A stretch of DNA of 51,785 bases, taken from NCBI GenBank assembly GCA_038213805.1, contig JBBQSO010000033.1, positions 1 to 51,785 on the forward strand. Reading direction: 5' to 3'. Made by a program: the position numbers and the translations under genes. The DNA comes from Planctomycetota bacterium (GTDB lineage Bacteria; Planctomycetota; UBA11346). Below, one piece after another: positions 17,501-26,976 of the stretch; position 1 is the stretch's first letter; each line of letters starts with the position of its first letter. The notes under the pieces were generated by a model. That model searched no databases. It saw only the letters and a list, made by a program, of their open reading frames with translations, and was not told where the DNA came from.

Positions 17501-19921
17501 GCCCTGCTGCAGCTACGCGCCAGCTGCGGGCTGCTGCGCTTCCCGGCGCCGCTGCGCGCGGCGGCGCTGCTTGCCTGGGCGACCGGCGGCGGCGCCGCAC
17601 GCGCGGGCTGGGTGCGCCAGGCGCGCGCCCTGGGCCGTCTGCGCGCGCACCTGGGCGACTCGCCGGCGTGGGGCGGCCTCGCCGGCGAGCTGGCGGAGTG
17701 GATCGCCGCACAGGCGGCGCGCACCGGCATGGCGCTGGACGCGGACGGCGCCGCGCAGGCCGGCGCCTACCTCGCCGAGGAGCTCGCCCGCCCCGGCGAG
17801 GTGCGCTGCGTGCGCAGCGGCTTGGCCGACGACCTGCTCGCGCGCTTCGCCACGTGGCTGCAGTCGCTCGGCGCCGAGGGCCGCCTCGCCGACGACCTGC
17901 GCAGCCTGCTCGATGGCAGTGAAGCGCCACTCAGCGAGGCCTCGGTGCTGCTCGGCGGCGGTGGTCCACGCATGCGCGGTCACCCCGCTGCCGCCGATCC
18001 GGGCGCCGGCGTCGGCGCCGCGCTGCGCCTCGCAGAAGCCTGGCTCGCGGCCTTCGCGGCCCGCCACCTGCCCGCCGCGCGGCCCGCACTCGCGGAGGCT
18101 GCCGCGTGGCTGCTGTGCGAGGGGCGCATCGCCGCCGAGGTGGTGAGCGCACGCACCGCCGTCACCGTCGACGGCCTGCTCAGCCAGCACCCGACCATCG
18201 TCGAGCGCCAGCTGGAGGTGCACATCGACACCTTCGCCGCGCTGCTGCGACCGTTCGCCACCCAGACCGTGCCCGCATACCGCGCCTACCAGGAGCAGCG
18301 CCGCCGCCTGCTCGACCAGGAGCGCACGCGCCTGCGCTGCGATGAGTTCGTACCCAAGGTGCTGACCAGCTTCGTGCGCAACCGCCTGATCAGCGAGGTC
18401 TACCTGCCGCTGATCGGTGACAACCTCGCCAAGCAGACCGGCGCGCTCGGCGACGCCAAGCGCACCGATCTGATGGGCCTGCTGCTGCTGATCTCGCCGC
18501 CGGGCTACGGCAAGACCACGCTCATGGAGTACGTCGCCAGCGTGCTCGGCCTGGCCTTCGTCAAGATCAATGGCCCGGCGCTCGGTCACGGGGTGCGCTC
18601 CCTCGATCCCGCCGCCGCGCCCGATGCGACCGCGCGCCAGGAGCTGGAAAAGCTCGGCCTGGGCCTGGAGATGGGCAACAACGTGATGATCGTGATCGAC
18701 GACATCCAGCACTGCCACGCCGAGTTCCTGCAGAAGTTCATCAGCCTGTGCGACGGCAGCCGGCGCATCGAGGGGGTGTGGCGCGGGCGCACCCGCACCT
18801 ACGACCTGCGCGGCAAGAAGGTCGCGGTGGTGATGGCGGGCAACCCCTACACCGAGTCGGGCGAGCGCTTCCGCATCCCCGACATGCTCGCCAACCGCGC
18901 CGACACCTACAACCTGGGCGACATCCTCGGCGGCCACGGCGAGGCCTTCGCGCTCAGCTACCTTGAGAACAGCCTGACCGCCAATCCCCAGCTCGCTGCG
19001 CTGGTCGGCCGCCCGCCACAGGACCTGGGGCGGCTGCTGCGCCTGGCCGCCGGTGACGATGCCGCGCGCGCCGAGCTGGAGCACCCCTACAGTGCGCTCG
19101 AGCTCGGCGAGCTGACCGCGGTGCTGACCCGGCTGCAGCGCGTGCAGCGCGTGCTGCTGACCATCAACCAGACCTACATCGCGAGCGCCGCACAGGCCGA
19201 CGACTACCGCACTGAGCCACCCTTCAAGCTCCAGGGTTCGTATCGCAACATGGCCAAGATCGCGGCCAAGGTCGTGCCGCTGATGAGCGCCGCCGAGCTT
19301 GAGGCCGTGATCCTCGACCACTACCGCGGCGAGAGCCAGACCCTGACCACTGGCGCCGAAGTCAACCTGCTCAAACTCAAGGCGCTGCTCGGCGTGCAGA
19401 GCGCCGCGGACGCAGAGCGCTGGGCGGCGATCCTGCAGACCTACACGCGCCGTCAGGATCTGGCCGGCGCAGACGATCCCGCTTCCAAGGCGGTCCTGCA
19501 GCTCGCCAAGCTCGGCGAGCAGGTCGGCGCGTTGCGCACGGCGCTGCACGAAGCGGCGGCCGCGGCCGGCGCGCGCGGCGCCGAGGAGCGCCGCGCCCAG
19601 GCCGAACAGCTTGACCGCATGGTCGCGACCCTGGTCGCAGGCCTCGCCGCGCTGCGCCCGGAGCCCGCGGCGCCGCCGCCGCCCGCGAAGATCGAGATCG
19701 TCAACACCCTGCCCAAGTACTACGCCAACCTCTACCAGCACCACGTGCAGGTCATCGAGCAGACGCTGATCCCCGCGGTCGAGGCGATTGGCCGCTTCCT
19801 TGGTCAATCCACCGCGGCGCGCGACAACCTGACGGGTATCGCCAGCGACCTGCGCAGCCTGATCCAGCGCAACCAGAGCTCGCCGGTGATCGACCCGGGC
19901 ACCGAGGGCGACGCGCGCTGA
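14579..19921 (+). CDS. Giant AAA+ ATPase (DUF3686 / so-called 'DNA repair ATPase' family), 1780 aa
   Basis: Walker A LLLISPPGYGKTT, Walker B MIVIDD, sensor-1-like VVMAGNPY and Arg-finger-like LANRAD. Beta-rich N-terminal ~400 aa, long helical middle. Confidence 0.85.
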   Translation: MADPAPTLDSGTYEVVRQRLDALGATLLERVGALNAKRLEVFGAAGMQLLATEHVRTEHNCIPRDILAIGDRLILGYQVHLGLKSATAVGDVFAEQVVAGTTFTPAPRALLTGAAFEKDFAELFQYYKNARLLQLVRSDTHVLAAFQTGQRISDVRVLRWALAADGAGLAYVDNRGAADYAFPPSHDFTWVRTTREDHVQGAHPHVNILDTVFVESIHGDVTIKIENNTATGTGILSDPVKDTNQGLDDAEISYAKLESCILIRIRPYRENEHRHYVYNILTHEALRIDAIGASCQQLPEGHGLIFPGGYYLASGVSKVFPQDFVGMQFVRAMRAPNGEDLAYIYYEHEQGVYIILRYNLITREVEQPQVCNGYTFFADGRLVVFRANPEPARLHAMQVWQTPFVADETAAAAPPDSPLGRIGNRELVRGISDLRNLQRLIANQRPTREAYADLLKQVVRIGDSYHWLDDEDSGGMKPLLGEVRAAVNAAIGEFEKVLQLTAQAAGQVAGLEAAAAELLRAQALETRTTIDAFVLPLAALRRSRGAVASARTLRHVDAARLDALDQRLAAAAAELAAAAVAFLLQEQALASYHAELAALEAQAATVTTVAAAQPPTARCGELGAALDLLVETVNGLDIADATARTGILERIAQVYAGLNRVRALLDGRRRSLGAREGQAAFAAQLALLAQAVANAVALCATPEACDEFLGRLMLQLEELDGRFADVEDFTAALAARREEVYETLSARKQALLDERQRRADGLGRAAERVIGGIAKRAISFATNDELNAYFAADAMVLKARTVIAELRGLGATVRADDCEGRIKAARETGARALRDRGELFEGEAVKLGRHRFSVNTQALELTMLARAGGDGRTAMWFHLVGSDYFSPVEDAAFAATSGFWTQELPSENHAIPRCAYLAWQVLAGAEAGAELQHLAEAATDPARLLEAVRAVASQHHDHGYERGIHDADAARIVAALLQLRASCGLLRFPAPLRAAALLAWATGGGAARAGWVRQARALGRLRAHLGDSPAWGGLAGELAEWIAAQAARTGMALDADGAAQAGAYLAEELARPGEVRCVRSGLADDLLARFATWLQSLGAEGRLADDLRSLLDGSEAPLSEASVLLGGGGPRMRGHPAAADPGAGVGAALRLAEAWLAAFAARHLPAARPALAEAAAWLLCEGRIAAEVVSARTAVTVDGLLSQHPTIVERQLEVHIDTFAALLRPFATQTVPAYRAYQEQRRRLLDQERTRLRCDEFVPKVLTSFVRNRLISEVYLPLIGDNLAKQTGALGDAKRTDLMGLLLLISPPGYGKTTLMEYVASVLGLAFVKINGPALGHGVRSLDPAAAPDATARQELEKLGLGLEMGNNVMIVIDDIQHCHAEFLQKFISLCDGSRRIEGVWRGRTRTYDLRGKKVAVVMAGNPYTESGERFRIPDMLANRADTYNLGDILGGHGEAFALSYLENSLTANPQLAALVGRPPQDLGRLLRLAAGDDAARAELEHPYSALELGELTAVLTRLQRVQRVLLTINQTYIASAAQADDYRTEPPFKLQGSYRNMAKIAAKVVPLMSAAELEAVILDHYRGESQTLTTGAEVNLLKLKALLGVQSAADAERWAAILQTYTRRQDLAGADDPASKAVLQLAKLGEQVGALRTALHEAAAAAGARGAEERRAQAEQLDRMVATLVAGLAALRPEPAAPPPPAKIEIVNTLPKYYANLYQHHVQVIEQTLIPAVEAIGRFLGQSTAARDNLTGIASDLRSLIQRNQSSPVIDPGTEGDAR

Positions 19922-19954
19922 CGGTGGTACGGCCAGGAATGAATAGCAGGGAAG

Positions 19955-20065
19955 ATGAGCGAGGCGATGAAAGTGAAGGAGGATCGGCCGGTGGCGACCA
20001 TACTGCTTCTCGGCATCGTCATGTTGGTAGCGAGACTTGTTTCTTCTCGTTCTTCGAAAGGTTGA
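19955..20065 (+). CDS. Possible 36-aa single-TM peptide (below the ORF track cut-off)
   Basis: MSEAMKVKEDRPVATILLLGIVMLVARLVSSRSSKG*, preceded by purine-rich AGGGAAG. Confidence 0.3.
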   Translation: MSEAMKVKEDRPVATILLLGIVMLVARLVSSRSSKG

Positions 20066-20108
20066 GCGAGTGTGTATAAGCACGCGTACTCGTGCTTGAA
20101 CGCTCACC

Positions 20109-20147
20109 AAAAATAGCATACCCACCGAGCCCACTCGGTGGGTATGC
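20109..20147 (-). terminator. Intrinsic terminator, probably for the minus-strand NHL gene
   Basis: Perfect 14-bp stem GCATACCCACCGAG/CTCGGTGGGTATGC with a 4-nt loop, followed by TATTTTT on the minus strand. Confidence 0.75.
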
Positions 20148-20386
20148 GTCTAGCCAAGTGGATCCTCAGCGGCTCTTCCAGTTTTCATTGTGGAAATAGC
20201 GCACGCGGTCGTTGATCCAAAATATCGGTGCAACCACCAGCAGGGCGATGGCCTAGATTTTCAGGATCGTGACCGTGTAGTGGCCCGTCTAGCCAGCGGA
20301 CTGCTCCATGGCCATCCTGACGGCAATGATGTGGGACCGTCTGGTGCGATTATCCGCGGTGTCGGAACCCGCAGGGTTCCAGGCGT

Positions 20387-23179
20387 TCAGTCCGTACGCC
20401 CCGGTCTCATCCGCACCAGCATAAGCCCCAACGCAAAGAGCAGCATGGCCGTCGCTCCACCCATCCCGCAATGTGATCCGCCAGCGCCGCCCCCACCCGC
20501 GGCCGGCGGTGTTGGACCGGACACGCTCGCAGAGGTGACGGTCAGCACGCCCGTCGTGGCGGTGATCGCGTAATTGGATGCGCTGACACCACCGAGGTCG
20601 ATGGTGATGGCATAGCTGCCAGGCACGCTGGCGGTGTTGGCGGTGGTGGACAGGATCGGCGAATGGCTGAGGACGGCGAGGGTGTCGCCATTGACCAGGC
20701 CGACCGCGTGGAAGGTGAAGGTGGGGTTCGCGGCACCTTCCACCCGCTGCAGCGCATCTGCGACCAAGACCAGTGGCGCCTGGGATACGGTCACCGAAGC
20801 GGTGGCGGTGACCGTCGGATGGCTGACGGTGTCCGTGGGCGTGAAGGTCGTGGAAAGCACATGGACCCCGGCATCCAGGCCGGTGCCGGCCACCGGTGAG
20901 TATACGAAGCTGCCGGCGACCGAGGCGGTGGCATCGAGCTGCGCCGCACCCAGCGGTGTGCCGTAGACGAGGCCAGCGGGAACCCAGGTAATGACCGGGA
21001 CCGTGCGCGGTATGAGCGCCCGGATCCGGTTATTGTCGCCATCAGAGATGATCAATCTGCCATCCGGGGCGAGGCAGGTGGTTGTTGGTCGGTTCAGGCG
21101 CGCGAGGGTGGCGATCCCGCCGTCGCCGGATAAGCCCGGGACCGAACTGCCCGCGATGGTCGAGATGATGCCAGTGGCGTGATCGATCCGGCGGATTGCG
21201 TCATTGCCCGTGACCGAGACCAGCAGGTTGCCCTGGGCATCCAGGAGGAGGGCGGTCGGATTGCCGAGGTTCGCTGCCAGTGCCTGCCCGCCGTCACCAA
21301 CCGCAGTTGTTATTGCCGCTATGCCGTTGCCCGCAAACGTTGCGATGGTGCCATCGGCAACGGCGATGCGGCGCACGCGGCGATTGCTGAATTCGGCGAT
21401 GAAGATGTTTCCGGCTGGGTCGGCGATGACGTCAACCGGGTTGTTCAGAAGGGCGTTGGTCGCAAGGCCGCCGTCGCCCGCGAAGCCACCATTATCGCCA
21501 GGAACGCTGTTGCCGGCGATGGTGGAGATAACCCCGGTCAGCGCATCGATGCGCCGCACCCGCTGATTGCGCAAGTCGGTGATCAAGAGGTCGCCATTGC
21601 CGCTGATGTACAGGCCCACCGGCTGGTTGAGCGTCGCCGCCGTGGCCTGGCCGCCGTCACCTGAGAAACCGCCGGAGCGGTCAAGGTCCGCGGCCGAATG
21701 TCCACTGCCGACAATGGTCGTGATGGTCCCGTTCACCGCTATCTTGCGGATGCGATTGTTGTCCTGGTCGGCGAAGATCAGCTCGCCGGCGTTGGTGAAG
21801 GCGATGCGCACCGGATTCGCCAGTTGCGCCGCGGTGGCCGGTCCGCCATCCCCAGAGAAGCCATAAACGCCGGTGCCGGCAACGGTGCTGACGATCCCGG
21901 TGGTTGCCGAGATCCTGCAAATGCGGTTGTCGCCCTGCTCGACCACATAGAGGTCCCCCGACGGACCAAAGGCCATGCCGCCGAGCCGGCTGAATTGCGT
22001 CGTGGTGGCCAGCGCACCATCGCCGGAATAGCCGACGGCGCCGTTGCCGGCGACGGTCGAGATCAAGCCGGTGCCAGTGGCGACCATGCGGATGCGCGAA
22101 TGACTCTCGTCGGCGATGAACAGGTTGCCGCTGCCATCCACAGCTAGCCCAAGCGGATTGTGCAGGGTCGCAGCGGTGGCGGCGATGCCGTCCCCGTTGT
22201 AGACGGTGCCGCCATTGCCGGCGATGGTGGTGATGACGCCGCCGGCCGCCGCCACTCTACGCACACGGTTGTTCCCCAGGTCTGAGATCAAGACGTCGCC
22301 AGCGCCCGTGACGAGCAGCGCCCGCGGCACGCTCAGCGCCGCCGCGGTCGCCGCTGCCCCATCACCGGAGAAGCCCTGGGTGCCGTTGCCGGCGATGGTG
22401 GTGATGGTGCCTGTCGCCATGGCCACAAAGCGGACCGTGGGGATTCCCTGATCGGCAACGTAGAGGTTTCCGGCTGCATCCACGGCCACGGCAGTGGGCT
22501 GGGACAGGGTCGCGCCAGTCGCAGGTCCGTGGTCGCCGATTGCTCCGCCCACGGGTGCGGTGCCGTTGCCCGCGACTGTGCTGATGAACCCGGTGATCGC
22601 ATCGACCCTGCGCACGCGGTGATCGTTGACGTCAGCAATGAAGATGTCGCCCGCGGCGTCGAGGGCGATGCCCATCGGGAAGCCCAGTCTTGCTGAGGTG
22701 GCGGCAACCCCATCCAAGACAGAAGCGCCGCCGCCGGCGACGGTGGTGATGAGGCCGGTCGCGGCAGTGACCTTGCGGATACGCTGGTTGGTGCCATCGC
22801 TGATGAAGAGGTCGCCCTGCGCGTCGATGGCCATACTGGTGATGCCTGACAGCAGCGCCGCCGTGGCAGCCCCGCCATCCCCAGCGAAACCCTGTCCGCC
22901 ATTGCCTGCAACCACGGCGAGCGTGCCATTTGCCAGGCGGTGCATGATGGTGGAGCCGGTACTCCAGAAGAGGGTGCCGTCCGCGGCAATGGCCAGCGCG
23001 GCCGGGAAGCCAATGCCTGCATGCTGCGGATCGCTCGCCAGTCCACCGCCCGCTATCGTGACGATGGCGTCTTCCGCCGGCGTCGTGGCGATGCCGGCCA
23101 GGGTCGCGACAAGGATCATTCCCACGTGAAGCAATATGGTGGACGAGCGGGAAGCCAGCTGACAAATGAGGGTGAGCAT
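20387..23179 (-). CDS. Secreted NHL-repeat (teneurin-like beta-propeller) protein with MBG-like domain and C-terminal membrane anchor
   Basis: About 12 repeats of ITTxAGxG...GDGGxAxxAxLxxPxGLAxDxxGNLFIAD..N.R(I/V)R. Then ITW..LVYGTPLGAAQLDA and EGAANPTFTF..GLVNGD (MBG-like), ending Gly-rich-CGMGG-TM-RMR. Confidence 0.88.
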   Translation of the reverse strand: MLTLICQLASRSSTILLHVGMILVATLAGIATTPAEDAIVTIAGGGLASDPQHAGIGFPAALAIAADGTLFWSTGSTIMHRLANGTLAVVAGNGGQGFAGDGGAATAALLSGITSMAIDAQGDLFISDGTNQRIRKVTAATGLITTVAGGGASVLDGVAATSARLGFPMGIALDAAGDIFIADVNDHRVRRVDAITGFISTVAGNGTAPVGGAIGDHGPATGATLSQPTAVAVDAAGNLYVADQGIPTVRFVAMATGTITTIAGNGTQGFSGDGAAATAAALSVPRALLVTGAGDVLISDLGNNRVRRVAAAGGVITTIAGNGGTVYNGDGIAATAATLHNPLGLAVDGSGNLFIADESHSRIRMVATGTGLISTVAGNGAVGYSGDGALATTTQFSRLGGMAFGPSGDLYVVEQGDNRICRISATTGIVSTVAGTGVYGFSGDGGPATAAQLANPVRIAFTNAGELIFADQDNNRIRKIAVNGTITTIVGSGHSAADLDRSGGFSGDGGQATAATLNQPVGLYISGNGDLLITDLRNQRVRRIDALTGVISTIAGNSVPGDNGGFAGDGGLATNALLNNPVDVIADPAGNIFIAEFSNRRVRRIAVADGTIATFAGNGIAAITTAVGDGGQALAANLGNPTALLLDAQGNLLVSVTGNDAIRRIDHATGIISTIAGSSVPGLSGDGGIATLARLNRPTTTCLAPDGRLIISDGDNNRIRALIPRTVPVITWVPAGLVYGTPLGAAQLDATASVAGSFVYSPVAGTGLDAGVHVLSTTFTPTDTVSHPTVTATASVTVSQAPLVLVADALQRVEGAANPTFTFHAVGLVNGDTLAVLSHSPILSTTANTASVPGSYAITIDLGGVSASNYAITATTGVLTVTSASVSGPTPPAAGGGGAGGSHCGMGGATAMLLFALGLMLVRMRPGRTD

Positions 23180-23632
23180 ACAGGAACTTCTTGGGTTGGT
23201 GGCCGTACGAACTGCGGCACGGTAGGAGGTGGTTGGTTGGAGTCCAGGCGCGTGCCCAGATCGACAATGTGGAAGACCGCGCGCGTAGTCCATGTTCCGT
23301 GAGCGTGCAGGCACGCGGCCATGGCGGCGAGCCGGAACGCTGAGCGAGCATGACCATGTGGAGAGCATGATCGGCCGGCAGATGCACGACACCGTGACCG
23401 GTGGTCCTACTCGGCTTAGTGCGGCCCGCCCCTTTGGACCCGTCGACATCCCGCCTCTTGGCGGTCCTATCCCTTGCTGGCAATGGGTGGACGCCTCCAA
23501 CCGACTTCACGTGGCTGAAGGTTGGTGTCCTCCGTATCATACGTAGGTGGTCGGTCGCGGACCGCAGGCTGCAATCAGCTGCCCTCCCGAAGCAACAACA
23601 GGCTCCGCCCGCACGTCCCTTCCGAGGTCCCC

Positions 23633-25909
23633 ATGCGCCACCCGCTCCGCTCCATCGCCCTGTCTTGCCTGACCCTGCTCGGCGGCGCGCTCGCCGCGGC
23701 GGAGCCGAAGGAGGAGGCCGGGAAGAAGTCGCGCAGCGAACTGATGGACTACGGCTCGTTCATCACTGCCACCATCGGCCAGGGCAAGGAGCAGGCGACG
23801 GCCAAGGGCGTCGCGGTGCGCCTCGCCGACCACGGGCACGAGGCCTTCGTGTGTTTCGACACCGAGGGGCTGCGCGTGTCCGCGGCGTGGACGGGGACCT
23901 ACCTCGACTTCAAGGGCCTGCCTTTCAAGGGCGGTTGGGACAATGCGCGCGGCCCCAACATCCCCGGGCCCATCCAGATCGCGACCCCGGCGGGTCCGGG
24001 CTGGGCCGGTCCGGCGGGCTTCGCCGACCCGCGCGAGCATGGCGATGGGCCGCTGCCGCTGAGCTGGGGCCGCTACCGTGGCTTGTACCGCCACGGCGAC
24101 CAGGTGGTGTTCGCGTACACTGTCGGGCCATGCCCGGTGCTCGAACTGCCGAGCGTCCACTTCGAGAGAGAGACCGCGGTGTTCGTGCGCACCCTGCACC
24201 TCGGTGCCTCACCGCGGCCGCTGGCGCTGCTGGTTGCGGCGCTGCCGGGAGCGCAGGGCGCGACCGCGCACGGCGCGATGCTTACCGCGGGCGCCCAGAC
24301 CATCAGCGCGGATGGTGCGGGCCTGCCCGCCGGCGCGGTCTGGAAGGTCGACGAGGGCCGCATCGTGCTCACCCTGCCCGCGCTTGCGGCGCCGACCACC
24401 ATCCGCATCGCCTTCGCCGGCGGCGCCGATGCCGCGGCGCTGGCCGCGGCGCTCGCCGGCCCGGCCGCCGATGTCGAGGCCCTGACCAAGGGCGGCCCGA
24501 CGCAGTGGGCGGAGACCATCACCACCGCCGGCACGCTCGGCAAGGACGGCGGCGACTTCGCGGTCGACACCTTGACGCTGCCTGAGAAGAACCCGTGGAA
24601 CGCGTGGATGCGCGCGACCGCCTTCGACGTCTTCCCCGACGGCCGCATCGCGTTGTGCACCTGGAGCGGCGACGTGTGGATCGTCTCCGGCGTCGACGCC
24701 ACGCTCGGCACGCTGACTTGGCGGCGCTTCGCCTCCGGGTTGTTCCAGCCGCTTGGACTGAAGATCGTCGACAGCACCATCTACGTGCTCTGCCACGGGC
24801 CGATCATGCGCCTGCACGATCTCGACGGCGACGGCGAGGCGGACTTCTACGAGTGCTTCAACAACGACTGTGCGGTGACCAACTCCTACCACGAGTTCGC
24901 CTGCGACCTGCAGACCGACAGCCACGGCGACTTCTGGTTCACCAAGGGCGCACCGGCGCTGGTCGGCCGCGAGAAGTTCGAGCGCTATACCCACGAGCAC
25001 GGCACGGTGCTGAAGGTCGCCAAGGACGGCAGCGCGCTGCAGGTCATGGGCACTGGCTTCCGCGAGCCCAACGGCCTGTGCGTCGGGCCAGGCGACCTGA
25101 TCACGGTCACCGACAACCAGGGCAACTGGCAGCCGGGTTGCCCCATCGACCTGATCCACCCGGGCGGCTTCTATGGCATGCCCGATCCGGCCAGCACCGC
25201 TGCCCGCCCACAGCGCGACCCACCGCTGTGCTGGCTGCCTTATGGCATGGACAACTCCTCCGGCGGCCAGGTGTGGGTCAGCGGCGAGCGCTGGGCCGCG
25301 CTGCAGGGCGAGATGCTGCTGACTTCATACGGCAAGTGCGCGCTGTTCACCGTGCTGATGGACCCGCCGCCGGCGCCCGGCGTGCTGCCGGTGCAGAGCC
25401 TGGTGGCGCGCCTGCCGCTCGCGTTCGAGAGCGGCATCATGCGCGCTCGCTTTTCACCGGCCGACGGCCAGCTCTACGTCTGTGGCATGCGCGGTTGGGG
25501 CACCGCGGCGAGCAAGGACGGCACCCTGCAGCGTGTGCGCATGACCGGCAAGCCGCTGCACCAGGCCACCGGCTTCCACGTCGCCAAGGGCGCCATCACC
25601 CTGACCTTCAGCTGCGCCCTCGACCCCAGGACCGCGGGCGAGGCCGACAGCTACAGCGCCGAGATCTTCACCATGGTCGAGAGCAAGGCTTACGGCTCGC
25701 CCGAATTTTCAGTCGCCGATCCCAAGAAGAAGGGCCGCGACCCGCTGCCCATCACCGGCGCCACGCTGTCCGCCGACGGTCGCTCCGTGACCCTCGCCAT
25801 TCCCACGCTCGCGCCGGTGATGGGCCTGATGCTGAAGGTGCGTATCGAGGCGAAGGATGGGGCTTCGATAGACCAGGAGCTTGCTGGCACGATCAACCGC
25901 ATGCCATGA
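23633..25909 (+). CDS. Secreted DUF6797-like / sugar-dehydrogenase-like beta-propeller protein
   Basis: Signal peptide; MDYGSFITATI, WRRFASGLFQPLGLKI, DLDGDGEADFYECFNND, GFREPNG and DNQGNW motifs typical of PVC-group propeller proteins; GAGG RBS. Confidence 0.7.
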   Translation: MRHPLRSIALSCLTLLGGALAAAEPKEEAGKKSRSELMDYGSFITATIGQGKEQATAKGVAVRLADHGHEAFVCFDTEGLRVSAAWTGTYLDFKGLPFKGGWDNARGPNIPGPIQIATPAGPGWAGPAGFADPREHGDGPLPLSWGRYRGLYRHGDQVVFAYTVGPCPVLELPSVHFERETAVFVRTLHLGASPRPLALLVAALPGAQGATAHGAMLTAGAQTISADGAGLPAGAVWKVDEGRIVLTLPALAAPTTIRIAFAGGADAAALAAALAGPAADVEALTKGGPTQWAETITTAGTLGKDGGDFAVDTLTLPEKNPWNAWMRATAFDVFPDGRIALCTWSGDVWIVSGVDATLGTLTWRRFASGLFQPLGLKIVDSTIYVLCHGPIMRLHDLDGDGEADFYECFNNDCAVTNSYHEFACDLQTDSHGDFWFTKGAPALVGREKFERYTHEHGTVLKVAKDGSALQVMGTGFREPNGLCVGPGDLITVTDNQGNWQPGCPIDLIHPGGFYGMPDPASTAARPQRDPPLCWLPYGMDNSSGGQVWVSGERWAALQGEMLLTSYGKCALFTVLMDPPPAPGVLPVQSLVARLPLAFESGIMRARFSPADGQLYVCGMRGWGTAASKDGTLQRVRMTGKPLHQATGFHVAKGAITLTFSCALDPRTAGEADSYSAEIFTMVESKAYGSPEFSVADPKKKGRDPLPITGATLSADGRSVTLAIPTLAPVMGLMLKVRIEAKDGASIDQELAGTINRMP

Positions 25910-25936
25910 CGGGGTCCAGGCTCTCGAGCCTTCACT

Positions 25937-26707
25937 TTACTTCACCACCACCCGCACCCCCGGCCGGATGAGCTGGAAGAGCGTGGCGATATCCTCCTGC
26001 CGCAAGCGCACGCAGCCATGGCTGCCGTGCTTCTCGAGCCATTCCTGCGGATCGGCGCCGGTGAATCCGTGGATGCCGATACCGCGGAAGCGGCGGTCCT
26101 TGCCGGGGGTGAAGCCCAGCCAGTAGCCGCCGAGGACGTTGCCGGGATCGCGGGCGGCGAAGACGTGGCCGGTGTCGGGATCGCGCCACGCCGGGTCGCG
26201 TACGCAGCTCGCCACGGTGGTGGTGCCGGCGGGGGTCGGGGTGGCCTCGCGGCCGACGCCGATGGGAAAGCAGGCGACCAGCAACGGCCCGCGCCAGAGC
26301 AGCAGGCGGAAGTCGTCGCGGCGCACTTCAAGGCGCGCGCGTGCGGTCTTGAGGTCGAGCACCTTGAGCAGCTGCCCCGGCTGCAGCCCGTCGCCGGCTT
26401 CGGGATTGAGACGCAGCAGGGCGCCGCTGCCCAGGCGGTAGCGCCGCGCGATCGCCGCCAGCGTCTCGCCGGCGTGCACGCGGTGCAGGCGCAGGCCGAG
26501 CCGTTCCATGCCCGGCAGGCGTTCCGGCCCCAGGCAGACGCGCGCAGCGAGCGTCGCCAGGTGGTCGGCGAGAGCCGCGTCCCAGGAGGCTGCGAGCTGG
26601 CGGCTGCCGCTCACCAGGTCGTCGAGCGGAGATGCTGCTGCCCCCGCGGCGCCCGTAGTCAGGACGGTAAGCAGCATCAAGGCGACAATGGTCGGACGTG
26701 CAGGCAC
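25937..26707 (-). CDS. LysM-containing L,D-transpeptidase (YkuD family); start uncertain
   Basis: LysM HRVHAGETLAAIARRY..LLRLNP..LQPGQLLKV; YkuD FPIGVG..TPTPAG, GIGIHG..SHGCVRL; signal peptide from GTG 26707. Confidence 0.9.
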   Translation of the reverse strand: MPARPTIVALMLLTVLTTGAAGAAASPLDDLVSGSRQLAASWDAALADHLATLAARVCLGPERLPGMERLGLRLHRVHAGETLAAIARRYRLGSGALLRLNPEAGDGLQPGQLLKVLDLKTARARLEVRRDDFRLLLWRGPLLVACFPIGVGREATPTPAGTTTVASCVRDPAWRDPDTGHVFAARDPGNVLGGYWLGFTPGKDRRFRGIGIHGFTGADPQEWLEKHGSHGCVRLRQEDIATLFQLIRPGVRVVVK

Positions 26708-26976
26708 GTCGGCAGCCTCATGCCTTCCGCCTGATCCGCAATGGCAGGTGGATAGGCCAACGCGTGCGCCGAACCGCAACACGTCCTTCTGGCCTCCAGC
26801 ATGGCAACCGGTTTACGCTCATCCGCGCGGGCTCGCGCTGCGCATGGCGATGCACCGCCGGACCGCGCTCGACGGGCCGTCCGGCAGGCGTTACCGGGGC
26901 CCGTGTGGGATTATCCAACAGGAACAACGCAAGAAGTGAGGGCATTCATCGGACCTACCCCCAAAGGAGCCTTCCC

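Noticed and set aside
11965..20134. Long minus-strand ORFs (809, 568, 1053 and 873 aa)
   Set aside because: Antisense shadows of the flotillin and ATPase genes, caused by high-GC codon bias; no motifs.
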